In this document: positions 1-8,886 of the stretch, one piece after another | Layout: each line of letters begins with the position of its first letter | Position numbering within the stretch: the stretch's first letter is position 1 | NCBI GenBank assembly: GCA_027491395.1 | Contig: JAOZFI010000006.1 | Span: forward strand, 32,001 to 96,000 | Length of the DNA stretch: 64,000 bases | Origin: Thermoproteota archaeon | GTDB lineage: Archaea > Korarchaeota > Korarchaeia > Korarchaeales > Korarchaeaceae | Direction: 5' to 3' | Program-made: the position numbers and the translations under genes | The notes under the pieces: model-generated | The model's input: only the letters and a program-made list of their open reading frames with translations | Database searches by the model: none | Told to the model about the DNA's origin: nothing

Positions 1-32
1 CCCGGCGTGCTTGGCCGCTACACCACGGGGCT
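1..32 (-). tRNA. tRNA, 5' part only (probably tRNA-Gln), truncated by window edge
   Basis: Reverse complement AGCCCCGTGGTGTAGCGGCCAAGCACGCCGGG gives acceptor strand, D-arm and start of anticodon stem. An A1 start is typical of archaeal tRNA-Gln; the anticodon lies outside the window. Confidence 0.75.
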
Positions 33-343
33 CCGGAGTGATCATCGTCGTGATAAGTTCATAAGCTTTGCGGTGGGGTCCCCGCGGTCCCTAGAAAGAC
101 TGACTACCTCACCGCTTTACTGACGATTTATTTTATGTGTATTTGGCATGGATATGTAACTTCTTTGAGCATTTAGGATGGAGGTATCCAGCTGATGGAG
201 CATCTAATGACAGGACCCCATCATCTGATCAAGAGGCATGGCCGGGGGGACGGCGATCAGGGGCTCTCCTTTAATGTTAGCGTTCCTGATAAGGTTCTAG
301 GGGATCAGTTGAGCGATCGGCTCTATTTCGTGGATCTAGCAGG

Positions 344-1111
344 TTAGGCTCTAGAGGTCCTCTCCTTGAGGGATCTCACCTTCTCCTCTACGTTGCCGCC
401 CTCCTCTATGTGAGTTCCCACCACCACTATGTCGGCGCCCGCCCTGACCCTCTCCTCCACCTGGTCGGGGGACCTCAATCCCCCTCCCACTATCATCCCG
501 AGTCCCGTCTTCGCTCGAACTGCGGCCACCATCTCGACTGGAACTGGCTCCTCAGCACCGCTACCCGCCTCGAGATACACCCACCTCATGCCCAACAACT
601 CAGCCGCCATGGCATAGGCCAGCGCTATCTCCGGCTTCTTCCTAGGAATGGGATTTACCCACCCGACCCATCCCGCGGCGCTAGTGTGTCCGGGTTCGAC
701 TACGAGGTATGCGGTGGGCATGACCTCTATTCCCAGCCTCCTAACGACCGGCGCCGCTAAAGCTTGGGCTTGGATTATCCAGTAGGGGTTGGACGAGTTT
801 AGGAGGGACATGAAGAGTATCGCGTCAGCGTAGGGAGAGACCCCGTCCACGTTACCGGGGAAGAGTATTACAGGGAGATCGGATCCCTCCTTGGCTCCCA
901 GTATGGTATCGTTGAGCCCGAAAGCCGCGCCAACCGAGCCACAAACGAATATGAGGTCGGCCCCACCTCTCTCAGCTTGGGAGGTTATTTGACGCGCCTG
1001 ATCCCTCGTGAGGTTTGCGGGATCCAGTAGCACGGCGAGAAGGGCCTCCTTCCTCGATCTCTCCCTTATCCTCTCCTCTATGGACATCTCTCTTTGGGAG
1101 AGAGGAGACAA
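344..1111 (-). CDS. geranylgeranylglyceryl phosphate (GGGP) synthase, PcrB family
   Basis: LLDP, ILFPG, DAILFMSLLNS.NPYWII, YLEAGSGA and VGGGLR motifs. Confidence 0.93.
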   Translation of the reverse strand: MSPLSQREMSIEERIRERSRKEALLAVLLDPANLTRDQARQITSQAERGGADLIFVCGSVGAAFGLNDTILGAKEGSDLPVILFPGNVDGVSPYADAILFMSLLNSSNPYWIIQAQALAAPVVRRLGIEVMPTAYLVVEPGHTSAAGWVGWVNPIPRKKPEIALAYAMAAELLGMRWVYLEAGSGAEEPVPVEMVAAVRAKTGLGMIVGGGLRSPDQVEERVRAGADIVVVGTHIEEGGNVEEKVRSLKERTSRA

Positions 1112-1125
1112 TATAAGGAGGGGTG

Positions 1126-1476
1126 TTAGTCATCTGCTCCAAGTTCGGCCAACCTAGCCAGCCTGGTGGACAGATCTTTGAGCCTCTTCTTACTATCCTT
1201 ATCCAGCTCCATGTGCTCCAGCTCGGAGACTATGCTATTCAAGTAGTCCAACAATCTATGGCGACTCTCCCCAATCAGACCACGTAGCGGAAAGCCCTGT
1301 AGGGGAGTCACCCTGGAGTAGAGCTTCGGACCCAAGTAGCACCTCTTTTTCCTCCACTTGCTACCCTCCTTGTATATGTGAACCGCGTAGAAGTACACCT
1401 GCTTGGATCCCTTGACTGTCCTCCTCTCGATGTAGCTGTAGGGCTGACCGCAGCGTGGACATATCTTCTCGCTCAT
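1126..1476 (-). CDS. small Zn-finger putative DNA-binding protein, SSV1 D335 integrase-N-terminal-like
   Basis: CPRCG.PYSYIERR...YFYAVH...KKRCYLGP pattern; start moved to ATG (MSEK); no recombinase catalytic domain. Confidence 0.6.
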   Translation of the reverse strand: MSEKICPRCGQPYSYIERRTVKGSKQVYFYAVHIYKEGSKWRKKRCYLGPKLYSRVTPLQGFPLRGLIGESRHRLLDYLNSIVSELEHMELDKDSKKRLKDLSTRLARLAELGADD

Positions 1477-1550
1477 TACCCACAAATTTATGGGTAAAAA
1501 TATAACCTTTGCCCCCCTAAATTTATGGGGGGCTGGAGGCGAGTGACCCG

Positions 1551-2105
1551 ATGAAGAGAGGGATCAGGATACTCGCCGTGGACGATGCACCCTTCAATAA
1601 ATGGTCGGATGAGAAAGCATTCCTCGTCGGACTTCTCTTCAGGGAGTTGACTCTTGAGGTGGCCTTGAGGGAGATCGTGAGCGTCGATGGCGATGACTCG
1701 ACCTCAGCCCTTGTCAGGATGGTGAGGCATCCAAAGGTAAGAGAGGAGGTGAAGGTGGTCTTCACTCACGGGACGACGTTCGCGGGCCTCAACCTGCTCG
1801 ATATGCGATCCTTCTATGAGGAGACCGGCGTGCCGGTGATAGCCGTCACCTCAAAGGAACCTACTGATGAGATAAGGGATGCGCTCCGGGCCGCAAAGCA
1901 GGAATGGAAGGACGAGATTCTAGAGAGGAACCCGCCCTATAAGGCGCTCGAGACCCCACATGGAACCTGCTACTACTCCCACCTTGGATTGGGAAGGGAT
2001 GAGGTTGAAGAGTTGCTGAGGAGGTACTCCATAGAGTCCAAGCTACCTGAGCAGCTTAGGGTGACTGACCTAGTAGCGAGGCTGCTCGAGGGCCTTGCCC
2101 CCTAA
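1551..2105 (+). CDS. DUF99 family protein (endonuclease V-like / endonuclease dU)
   Basis: ILAVDD, VDG.D.T, GTTFAGLN, PVIAV and SKLPEQLR motifs. Confidence 0.85.
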   Translation: MKRGIRILAVDDAPFNKWSDEKAFLVGLLFRELTLEVALREIVSVDGDDSTSALVRMVRHPKVREEVKVVFTHGTTFAGLNLLDMRSFYEETGVPVIAVTSKEPTDEIRDALRAAKQEWKDEILERNPPYKALETPHGTCYYSHLGLGRDEVEELLRRYSIESKLPEQLRVTDLVARLLEGLAP

Positions 2106-2160
2106 ACTATTTATTGACGGAGGGGATCATCAGGAGAGCTGAAGGAAAGGAGGGATCCCT

Positions 2161-4494
2161 TTGTCTAGACGAGAGCCCCGACTCAAGGAAAAGCACTGGT
2201 CTCCCGATATGGAGCTCGAGATGCAGAAGGTGTGGGAGGAGGAGAATACTTATCGCTTCAATCCGAACTCTGGTAAGCCCCTCTTTTCCATAGATACACC
2301 ACCTCCCTACGCCAGCGGTAAGTGGCACATAGCTGCAGCCATCCATTATTCTCAGATCGACATGATCGCGAGGACCCAGAGGATGAAGGGTTACGAGGTC
2401 TACTTCCCCTTCGGAGTGGACAGGAACGGCCTCCCGGTGGAGGTGGAGACCGAGAAGAGGTACAAGATTAAGATGTTCGAGTACCCGAGAGAGGAGTTCC
2501 TCAGGCTGTGCAAGGAGTTCCTAGACGAGGCCGAGCAGGATATCCTCTCAATAGTCAGGAGATTGGGTATCAGCGCAGACACCAAGAACTACTTCCAGAC
2601 TGATAGCGAGCAGTGGAGAGCCGTGACTCAAGCCACCTTCATCGACGCCTGGAATAAGGGATATGTTTACGAGGACTACAGGCCGAACATATACTGCCCG
2701 AGGTGCAGGACCACACTAGCTGATGCGGAGGTCGAATACAAGGAGCTCCCCACCAAGCTCGTATACCTCAAGTTCAGGGTGGAGGGGAGTGAAGAGGAGG
2801 TAGTCGTGGCAACTACTAGGCCGGAGCTCCTCCCAGCATGTAAGGCGGTCATATACAATCCTGACGATGAGAGGTACAAATGGCTGAAGGGGAAGAGGGT
2901 GGTCACGCCCCTAGGGGACGCTATACCCATTATGGAGCACCCGTACGCTGACCCCAAATTCGGGACCGGCTTGGTGATGATATGCTCCTACGGTGACAAG
3001 ATGGATGTCCAGCTCTTCAGGGAGCTCGGTCTGGAGCCGAAGATAGTGGTCAATGAGGACGGCACCCTCAACGAGAGCGCGGGGGAGTATGCGGGCCTAA
3101 CTATACAGGAAGCAAGGAAGAGGATAATAGAGGAATTGGAGCGGAAGGGGCTCGTTGAGAAGGTCGAGACCATAATGCACAGGACTCCTGTGTGCTGGCG
3201 TTGCAAGACCCCTCTGGAAATAGTCCCGATGAGGGAGTACTATCTGAAGCAGGTAGATCTGGTTCCGGAACTCGAGGAATACCTTGATGTGGTGAGGTTC
3301 TATCCGGAGTGGGCATCCAACTACTGGAGGGACTGGTTGAAGTCCGTGAGTTCCGACTGGCCCATCTCTAGGAGGAGATACTACGCCACGGAGATACCGG
3401 TGTGGTACTGCAAGAGCTGCGGAAAGCCCGTGTTACCACCTCCCGGTAAGTACTACCGGCCCTGGAAGGAGGACCCCCCCTACGACAGGTGCCCGCACTG
3501 CGGTTCGACGGCTGGCTTCGAGGGAGAGAGGAGGGTCTTCGACACATGGATGGACTCCTCCATCTCGCCCTTGGTCTACAACGGATTCGGTTGGGACGAC
3601 AAGCTCTTCGGTAAGCTGGGATCGAGCGATCTAAGACCTCAGGGCAAGGACATAGTGAGGACTTGGCTCCACTACACTTTCCTGAGGGTGCATCAGGTGC
3701 TAGGGAAGCCGGCCTTCAAGCACGTCTGGATATCGGGGATGGGGCTAGATGCGAAGGGCAGGGCGATGCACAAGAGCTTGGGTAACATAATATACCCGTG
3801 GCCCCTGTTCAAGAAGTATGGAGCCGATGCTGTGAGATTCTTCGGTGCGGCGGAGGCGCATCACGGCTCAGACTTCAGGATATCTGAGAGGAAGATAGAG
3901 GGGGCCTACAAATTCCTGCAGAAACTGTGGAACGTAGCCAGATTCATCTCACAATTCGAGGAACCTGAGGAGATGCCTGAGTTGGAACCCACTGATCTCT
4001 GGATACTGGGAGAGCTGAACGGGTCTATAAGGAGAGCTCTATCAGGGTATGAGAGGTTCGACTTCTTCGATCCGGCTAACGAGGTCAGGATATTCGTCTG
4101 GGATGTGTTCGCCCCGCACTACATAGAGCTCGTCAAGGGAAGGGCCTACGGTGATGGTGTGGGTGAAGGGAAGTCGGTGGCCGCGAGGTGGACCCTCCAC
4201 TACGTCTTGAAGGCCGTGCTTAGATTAGCGGCCCCCGTCATCCCCCACATCACTGACTACATATGGAGGAGCATCTATGGGGGAACGGTCCACAGGGAGC
4301 TCTTCCCTGAGGTGAGGGAGGAGTGGGACACTGAGTACTTGGAGATCGGGAGTAGGTTAATGGAATTCAACAGCCTGGTATGGAAGACCAAGAAGGAGAG
4401 GGGCATGAGGATGAAGGATCCAATAGAGATGGAGATCCCTATAGAACTTAAGCCGTTCGAAGAAGATCTGAGAAGCCTTCACAACATAAAGTAA
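2161..4494 (+). CDS. valS: valine--tRNA ligase
   Basis: IDTPPPY.SG.WH, ATTRPE editing domain, DWPISRRRYYAT, FDTWMDSS, RPQGKDI; KMSKS equivalent is AMHKS. Confidence 0.95.
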   Translation: MSRREPRLKEKHWSPDMELEMQKVWEEENTYRFNPNSGKPLFSIDTPPPYASGKWHIAAAIHYSQIDMIARTQRMKGYEVYFPFGVDRNGLPVEVETEKRYKIKMFEYPREEFLRLCKEFLDEAEQDILSIVRRLGISADTKNYFQTDSEQWRAVTQATFIDAWNKGYVYEDYRPNIYCPRCRTTLADAEVEYKELPTKLVYLKFRVEGSEEEVVVATTRPELLPACKAVIYNPDDERYKWLKGKRVVTPLGDAIPIMEHPYADPKFGTGLVMICSYGDKMDVQLFRELGLEPKIVVNEDGTLNESAGEYAGLTIQEARKRIIEELERKGLVEKVETIMHRTPVCWRCKTPLEIVPMREYYLKQVDLVPELEEYLDVVRFYPEWASNYWRDWLKSVSSDWPISRRRYYATEIPVWYCKSCGKPVLPPPGKYYRPWKEDPPYDRCPHCGSTAGFEGERRVFDTWMDSSISPLVYNGFGWDDKLFGKLGSSDLRPQGKDIVRTWLHYTFLRVHQVLGKPAFKHVWISGMGLDAKGRAMHKSLGNIIYPWPLFKKYGADAVRFFGAAEAHHGSDFRISERKIEGAYKFLQKLWNVARFISQFEEPEEMPELEPTDLWILGELNGSIRRALSGYERFDFFDPANEVRIFVWDVFAPHYIELVKGRAYGDGVGEGKSVAARWTLHYVLKAVLRLAAPVIPHITDYIWRSIYGGTVHRELFPEVREEWDTEYLEIGSRLMEFNSLVWKTKKERGMRMKDPIEMEIPIELKPFEEDLRSLHNIK

Positions 4495-4495
4495 G

Positions 4496-4605
4496 TGGCG
4501 CCGGGGGTGGGATTCGAACCCACGAGGCCCGTGAGGGCCACCGGATCTCGAGTCCGGCCCCTTGCTTCGCCGGGCGCTTGGGCCCTCTGGCTAGGGTACC
4601 CCGGC
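4496..4605 (-). tRNA. tRNA-Ser(CGA) with 21-nt intron in D-loop (4566-4586), encoded CCA
   Basis: GCCGGGG/CCCCGGC acceptor stem, CCGGA-CTCGAGA-TCCGG anticodon arm, long variable arm, GTTCGAATC T-loop; extra D-loop segment forms a BHB-like motif. Confidence 0.92.
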
Positions 4606-4660
4606 TCTACCCCGCCACTTCCTCTCTGGTCTCTGGGGCTATAAATGTTGGGGTGGTAAG

Positions 4661-5419
4661 ATGGACGCTGCCATCGTCTTGGGGACAGCTGGATCAGGTA
4701 AGACTACCTTCACTGCGAGTTACTCCGAATGGTTGAGGAGAAGATTCATGCCACTCCGAAGTTGCACAGCCAACTTGGATCCTGGAGTGCTGAGCCTGCC
4801 CTACAAACCCGATTATGATGTTAGAGAGCTGGTCAGCGTGCAGGATATAATGGAAAGAGAAGGATTGGGCCCCAACGGCGCTCTGGTGAGGGCTGCGGAG
4901 ATCATGGTGGCTAAAATGGATGAGATAGTCGAATCCCTATGCTCTCTCAGCTGCGATCATCTGGTGATAGACACCCCAGGGCAGATGGAGATCTTCGCCT
5001 TCAGGCCCTTGGGGAGAGTGCTGTGTGAGAAACTCTCCTCATGCCTTAATCTGGCTGCCGTCTTTTTAGGAGATCACGAACCGGGAAGGGAACTGGAGGA
5101 TGTCGTTACCTCTGCCCTGCTTGCCAAGATACTAGAACTGAAGCTCGGAGTGACTGTGATCCCCCTGCTCAACAAGATGGATATCTGGTGGGGCGAGGGG
5201 ATCGAGGAGGTATGGGGGAGAGTGCTGAGGGGGGAGGTGGATGGGCTCGATACTGGCGAGGGTACCCTATCTGATGCATTGTTGGAGCTAGTGAGGGCCG
5301 TCTCCACCTTCAAATCACCGGTCAGGGTGGTGGCCATCTCAGCTAAGGAGGGAACCAACTACCAGGAGGTTTTCGATCTTCTAAGCGAGGTGTGGTGCTC
5401 CTGCGGAGATATGACTTGA
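4661..5419 (+). CDS. GPN-loop GTPase
   Basis: GTAGSGKTT, NLDPG, GLGPNG, DTPGQME, NKMD, SAK. Confidence 0.93.
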   Translation: MDAAIVLGTAGSGKTTFTASYSEWLRRRFMPLRSCTANLDPGVLSLPYKPDYDVRELVSVQDIMEREGLGPNGALVRAAEIMVAKMDEIVESLCSLSCDHLVIDTPGQMEIFAFRPLGRVLCEKLSSCLNLAAVFLGDHEPGRELEDVVTSALLAKILELKLGVTVIPLLNKMDIWWGEGIEEVWGRVLRGEVDGLDTGEGTLSDALLELVRAVSTFKSPVRVVAISAKEGTNYQEVFDLLSEVWCSCGDMT

Positions 5420-5961
5420 TCGGCATTGACCTAGCCGTTAAGAAACCCTCCTCCCTAGCGGGTTACTCAAAAGGGAGGGGGATAGAGATATGGAGAATGG
5501 CCCATCATGAGCTGTTAGAGGGGGAATTAGAGACCGAGCTCGTCGTTATAGATGCGCCCCTCTCCCTTCCCAAGGAGGGTGCCTTCAGGGACTTCGAAAG
5601 GAAGGTATTATTGAGAGGATACAGGCTCCTACCTATAAAGAGGGGACCGATGAGAGAGCTAGCGATCATAGGATCACAGCTGAAGCTTAAATTGGAGAGT
5701 AAAGGGGTTAAAGTGTTAGAGACTCATCCATCATCAGCCCTGAAGGCGATCGGAATAACTAGGCATCAAGTGGTCTCCCTCCTGTCGAAGATGGGCTTCA
5801 TCCCGAGCCCACCTAAGAGTGAAGATGATGAGGATGCCCTGATATGTCTGTTAGTAGGTATGCTCTACCTGAAGGGAGGAGTAGAGATCTATGAGGGCGA
5901 GGAGGGGTTGATGGTCTTGCCCAAGCCGGGATTGAGGTTCAGGGATTTGGATCTCACTTGA
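5416..5961 (+). CDS. DUF429 family protein (RNase H-like predicted nuclease)
   Basis: IGIDLA, IDAPLSLP, ETHP, DEDALIC; TTG start overlaps the upstream stop. Confidence 0.8.
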   Translation: MIGIDLAVKKPSSLAGYSKGRGIEIWRMAHHELLEGELETELVVIDAPLSLPKEGAFRDFERKVLLRGYRLLPIKRGPMRELAIIGSQLKLKLESKGVKVLETHPSSALKAIGITRHQVVSLLSKMGFIPSPPKSEDDEDALICLLVGMLYLKGGVEIYEGEEGLMVLPKPGLRFRDLDLT

Positions 5962-6010
5962 AGGAATTGAGATCACCTTTTTAGTAGCGATGGGGGGTAA
6001 CTGACATTAG

Positions 6011-7447
6011 ATGGCACAGCAAGTGGAGATCGTCAGGAAGTTCTTGGGTAGAGGCTATAACATATCACCGGAGGCTTTGGCCCTCTTAATGGAGCAAGAC
6101 ATTGGGGAGGTAGACTCCTTACTTGATTCTATTCCTGATAAACCCGTAATAGAGTTACATGACTTGGAAGAAGCATTAAGGAGGATGAGGAGACGCGTAG
6201 AGAGGCAAACCTCCTATGCTACTGGAGAGGTCTTGGAAGGGGTGAGTATCGTCAAGTCCCCTACAAATTTGGGGGTAAAGGGAAGCCCAGAGGAATTCGT
6301 GGAACTTATGAGGAAGAGGTTTCAGTTCTTGAAATCTGTTCTCATGAGTAAGAACGGGATAGATCCCATCCCCATATCCAATCTCCTGAATTCGACGTCC
6401 AGGAATGGAGATAGAGTGCTCGTGGTCGGGATGGTTTTGGAGAAAAGAGTGCTGAGGGACTTCTCCATAAGGATGGAGATAGATGATGAGACCGGGTCGA
6501 TCCCCGTCGTATTCAAGAAGGGCAGTAGATACTGGGATAAAGCCGATAAGATTCCTGTAGATAGCGTGATAGCTGTCAAGGGAACCTTCGTCAATGGGAA
6601 ACTTTACGCTGATACTTTCAGGATCCCGGATCTCAATGGCGAGCTGGTGAGGCCGGGCTCGGCATCTGGGAGAGTTGCCTTGGTAAGCGACATCCACATG
6701 GGAAGTAAATACTTCAACGAGGAGGCCTTTGGGAGGTTCGTGAGGTGGTTGAACAGCGACCAAGCAAGAGATGTGAAGTATTTGGTGATCTGCGGCGATT
6801 TGGTTGATGGTATTGGCGTCTACCCCAATCAGGAGGAGGAGTTGAAGATATCGGATGTATACAAGCAGTTCCAACTGGCATCAGGGTTCTTGGAGAGGAT
6901 CCCCAAGGACATCAAAGTAGTCTATATACCTGGTAATCACGAGCCGGTCAGGCAGGCAGAGCCCCAGCCAGTCGTCCCAGAGGAGTATTTGGATCCTCTG
7001 TTGGAGGTTAGACCTGATCTCATACCCCTTCCCAATCCGACGATGATAGGTATAGGCGATATACGCATTCTGGTCTACCACGGACGAAGTCTGAATGCCA
7101 TCTTCAAACACATACCTGGTTTGCAGCCCATAAGGCCCGAGTCCGTCGTTGAGGCCATGAAATGGATCCTCAGATTAAGGCACTTAGCTCCCATCTATGG
7201 GGAACACCCGATAGCTCCAGAGAGTGAGGACTGGCTCTTAGTGGATCAGATTCCCCATGTTCTCCACGTCGGTCACATCCATGTGTATGGAGTGGGGGAG
7301 TACAATGGGGTGAAGATTGTCAACTCGGGGACTTTTGAGAATGAGACTCCATACATAAAGAGTTTGGGAATCGAAGTAACTGTGGGGAAAGCCCCGATAC
7401 TAAATCTAAAGAGTATGGAAATCGAAGTGAAGGATTTCTCCTCATAG
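6011..7447 (+). CDS. polB: DNA polymerase D small (exonuclease) subunit DP1
   Basis: OB fold plus calcineurin-like motifs SDIH.GS, GDLVDG.GVYP.Q, PGNHE, HGRS, GHIH, NSGT. Confidence 0.95.
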   Translation: MAQQVEIVRKFLGRGYNISPEALALLMEQDIGEVDSLLDSIPDKPVIELHDLEEALRRMRRRVERQTSYATGEVLEGVSIVKSPTNLGVKGSPEEFVELMRKRFQFLKSVLMSKNGIDPIPISNLLNSTSRNGDRVLVVGMVLEKRVLRDFSIRMEIDDETGSIPVVFKKGSRYWDKADKIPVDSVIAVKGTFVNGKLYADTFRIPDLNGELVRPGSASGRVALVSDIHMGSKYFNEEAFGRFVRWLNSDQARDVKYLVICGDLVDGIGVYPNQEEELKISDVYKQFQLASGFLERIPKDIKVVYIPGNHEPVRQAEPQPVVPEEYLDPLLEVRPDLIPLPNPTMIGIGDIRILVYHGRSLNAIFKHIPGLQPIRPESVVEAMKWILRLRHLAPIYGEHPIAPESEDWLLVDQIPHVLHVGHIHVYGVGEYNGVKIVNSGTFENETPYIKSLGIEVTVGKAPILNLKSMEIEVKDFSS

Positions 7448-7450
7448 CCG

Positions 7451-8635
7451 TTACCTTATGCCCATCTGGGCTAAGAGGTTTCTCATCTGCCTGAGGGGCA
7501 GAGCCATCTTCTTCACCACTTTGGTGTTCCCCCTAGCCCCCCCGTACTGCATCTCTATCTCTATGAGACCTTGCGACTCCAGCTCCCTCAATATGCCTGA
7601 GACCCTCCTCATAGTCAGTGGTTTCACCCCGTACAGGCTGGCTCTCTGCTCGTATGCCCGGTAGATGGTACCAGTTCCAGCCCTGACCACCGGTCGTTCG
7701 AGCACATCGGCAATGGCTGCTAGTATGAGCCTATGGTGGAGAGGTAGAGTCCTGACAGTTATTGACACCTCTTCCTCATTGACTGTGTCTACCGCCATGA
7801 TAGCATGCTCCTTCGTCAGCTTCTCAGCTCTCTCGTTCTCCGCTAGCTCGGCAGCCATCCTCAGAATGTCTATAGCCCTCCTGGCATCACCAGACTCCTG
7901 AGCCACCCTGCTAGCTATGTACTGTAGGGCCTCGTCCTCCCAAGTGCCGACCTTAAGCCCCAGATCCGCCCTCTGCCTGAGTATCTGATACAGCTGGGGA
8001 TGATTGTAGGGTGGGAACTGCAACCTGTTTGGTTCAAAGCTGCTCCTCTCTCTAGGATCAAGCCTCTCAAGGAAGTCCATTGTGTTGCTAATAACCACCA
8101 AGCTTATGCTCAACTCCTCAGGGAGGTCGTAGTTCAACCTAGTGAGGGCATAAAGCAGCCTCCCTCCATCCCTCTTAACCAACAAATCTACTTCGTCGAG
8201 AACTATCACCAGCCTAGAGTTTGAGGTCATGTAGGCATCGACGAATTTATCCCAGAGGACATCGAAGGGGTAGCCTGATGGTGGAACTAGGACTCCCAAG
8301 GACCGATTCAATTGATAAAGGACTCTATAGGCTGTGGTGGCTTGGCTGCAGTTCACATATGCGAATTTAGCCCTGAGATTCGGATACTCGTTCCTGTACT
8401 TCTTGATCACATGTTTCACTACGGCTGTTTTACCCGTACCGGGCTTCCCAATGAAAGCCACATCGCTTGGAGGCTGATCCACGAGTAGATCTGAGAGTAT
8501 CCTCGAGAATTGGAATATCTGCTCCTCCCTACCGGGCAAGGTATCAGGGATATAAGAGTCCCGGAGAACCCGCTTATCTTTAATTATGGTGTAGGACATG
8601 TAAGAGGTATCGATAAACGCCTCATCCAACGGCAT
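7451..8635 (-). CDS. cdc6: Cdc6/Orc1 replication initiator
   Basis: LPGRE, GKPGTGKT, YVNC, VLDEVD, FPPY, GDARRAID, C-terminal winged helix with GARGNT. Confidence 0.96.
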   Translation of the reverse strand: MPLDEAFIDTSYMSYTIIKDKRVLRDSYIPDTLPGREEQIFQFSRILSDLLVDQPPSDVAFIGKPGTGKTAVVKHVIKKYRNEYPNLRAKFAYVNCSQATTAYRVLYQLNRSLGVLVPPSGYPFDVLWDKFVDAYMTSNSRLVIVLDEVDLLVKRDGGRLLYALTRLNYDLPEELSISLVVISNTMDFLERLDPRERSSFEPNRLQFPPYNHPQLYQILRQRADLGLKVGTWEDEALQYIASRVAQESGDARRAIDILRMAAELAENERAEKLTKEHAIMAVDTVNEEEVSITVRTLPLHHRLILAAIADVLERPVVRAGTGTIYRAYEQRASLYGVKPLTMRRVSGILRELESQGLIEIEMQYGGARGNTKVVKKMALPLRQMRNLLAQMGIR

Positions 8636-8639
8636 CCGA

Positions 8640-8886
8640 TCACTTCCCCTCCGCCCGGACCTGAATAAGTTGTATTGCCTCTGGAGGATTTAAAGTTGGT
8701 GCCTTTTTAAAGGGAAAAGGTTCTAATGATAAGATGATAAGTTTCAGGTGATATAGCCTTATTATAATTAAGTGCGCAACATTTCCATTCCATCAACTCC
8801 GTAGGGAGTCTCCCCTATGGTTCAATTCCTTCAACTCCACGGGGCGTGTGATGGACCGGAAGTATAGTTATTTCAGGTCTGCAGCT
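8640..8886. other. candidate replication origin / cdc6 regulatory region
   Basis: About 250-bp AT-rich intergenic region directly upstream of cdc6, with inverted GACCTGAA(A)TAA ends and a 22-bp imperfect direct repeat. Confidence 0.5.

Noticed and set aside
8787-8846. Direct repeats as a mini CRISPR array
   Set aside because: Two imperfect copies with a 16-bp gap and no cas genes; better explained as protein-binding sites
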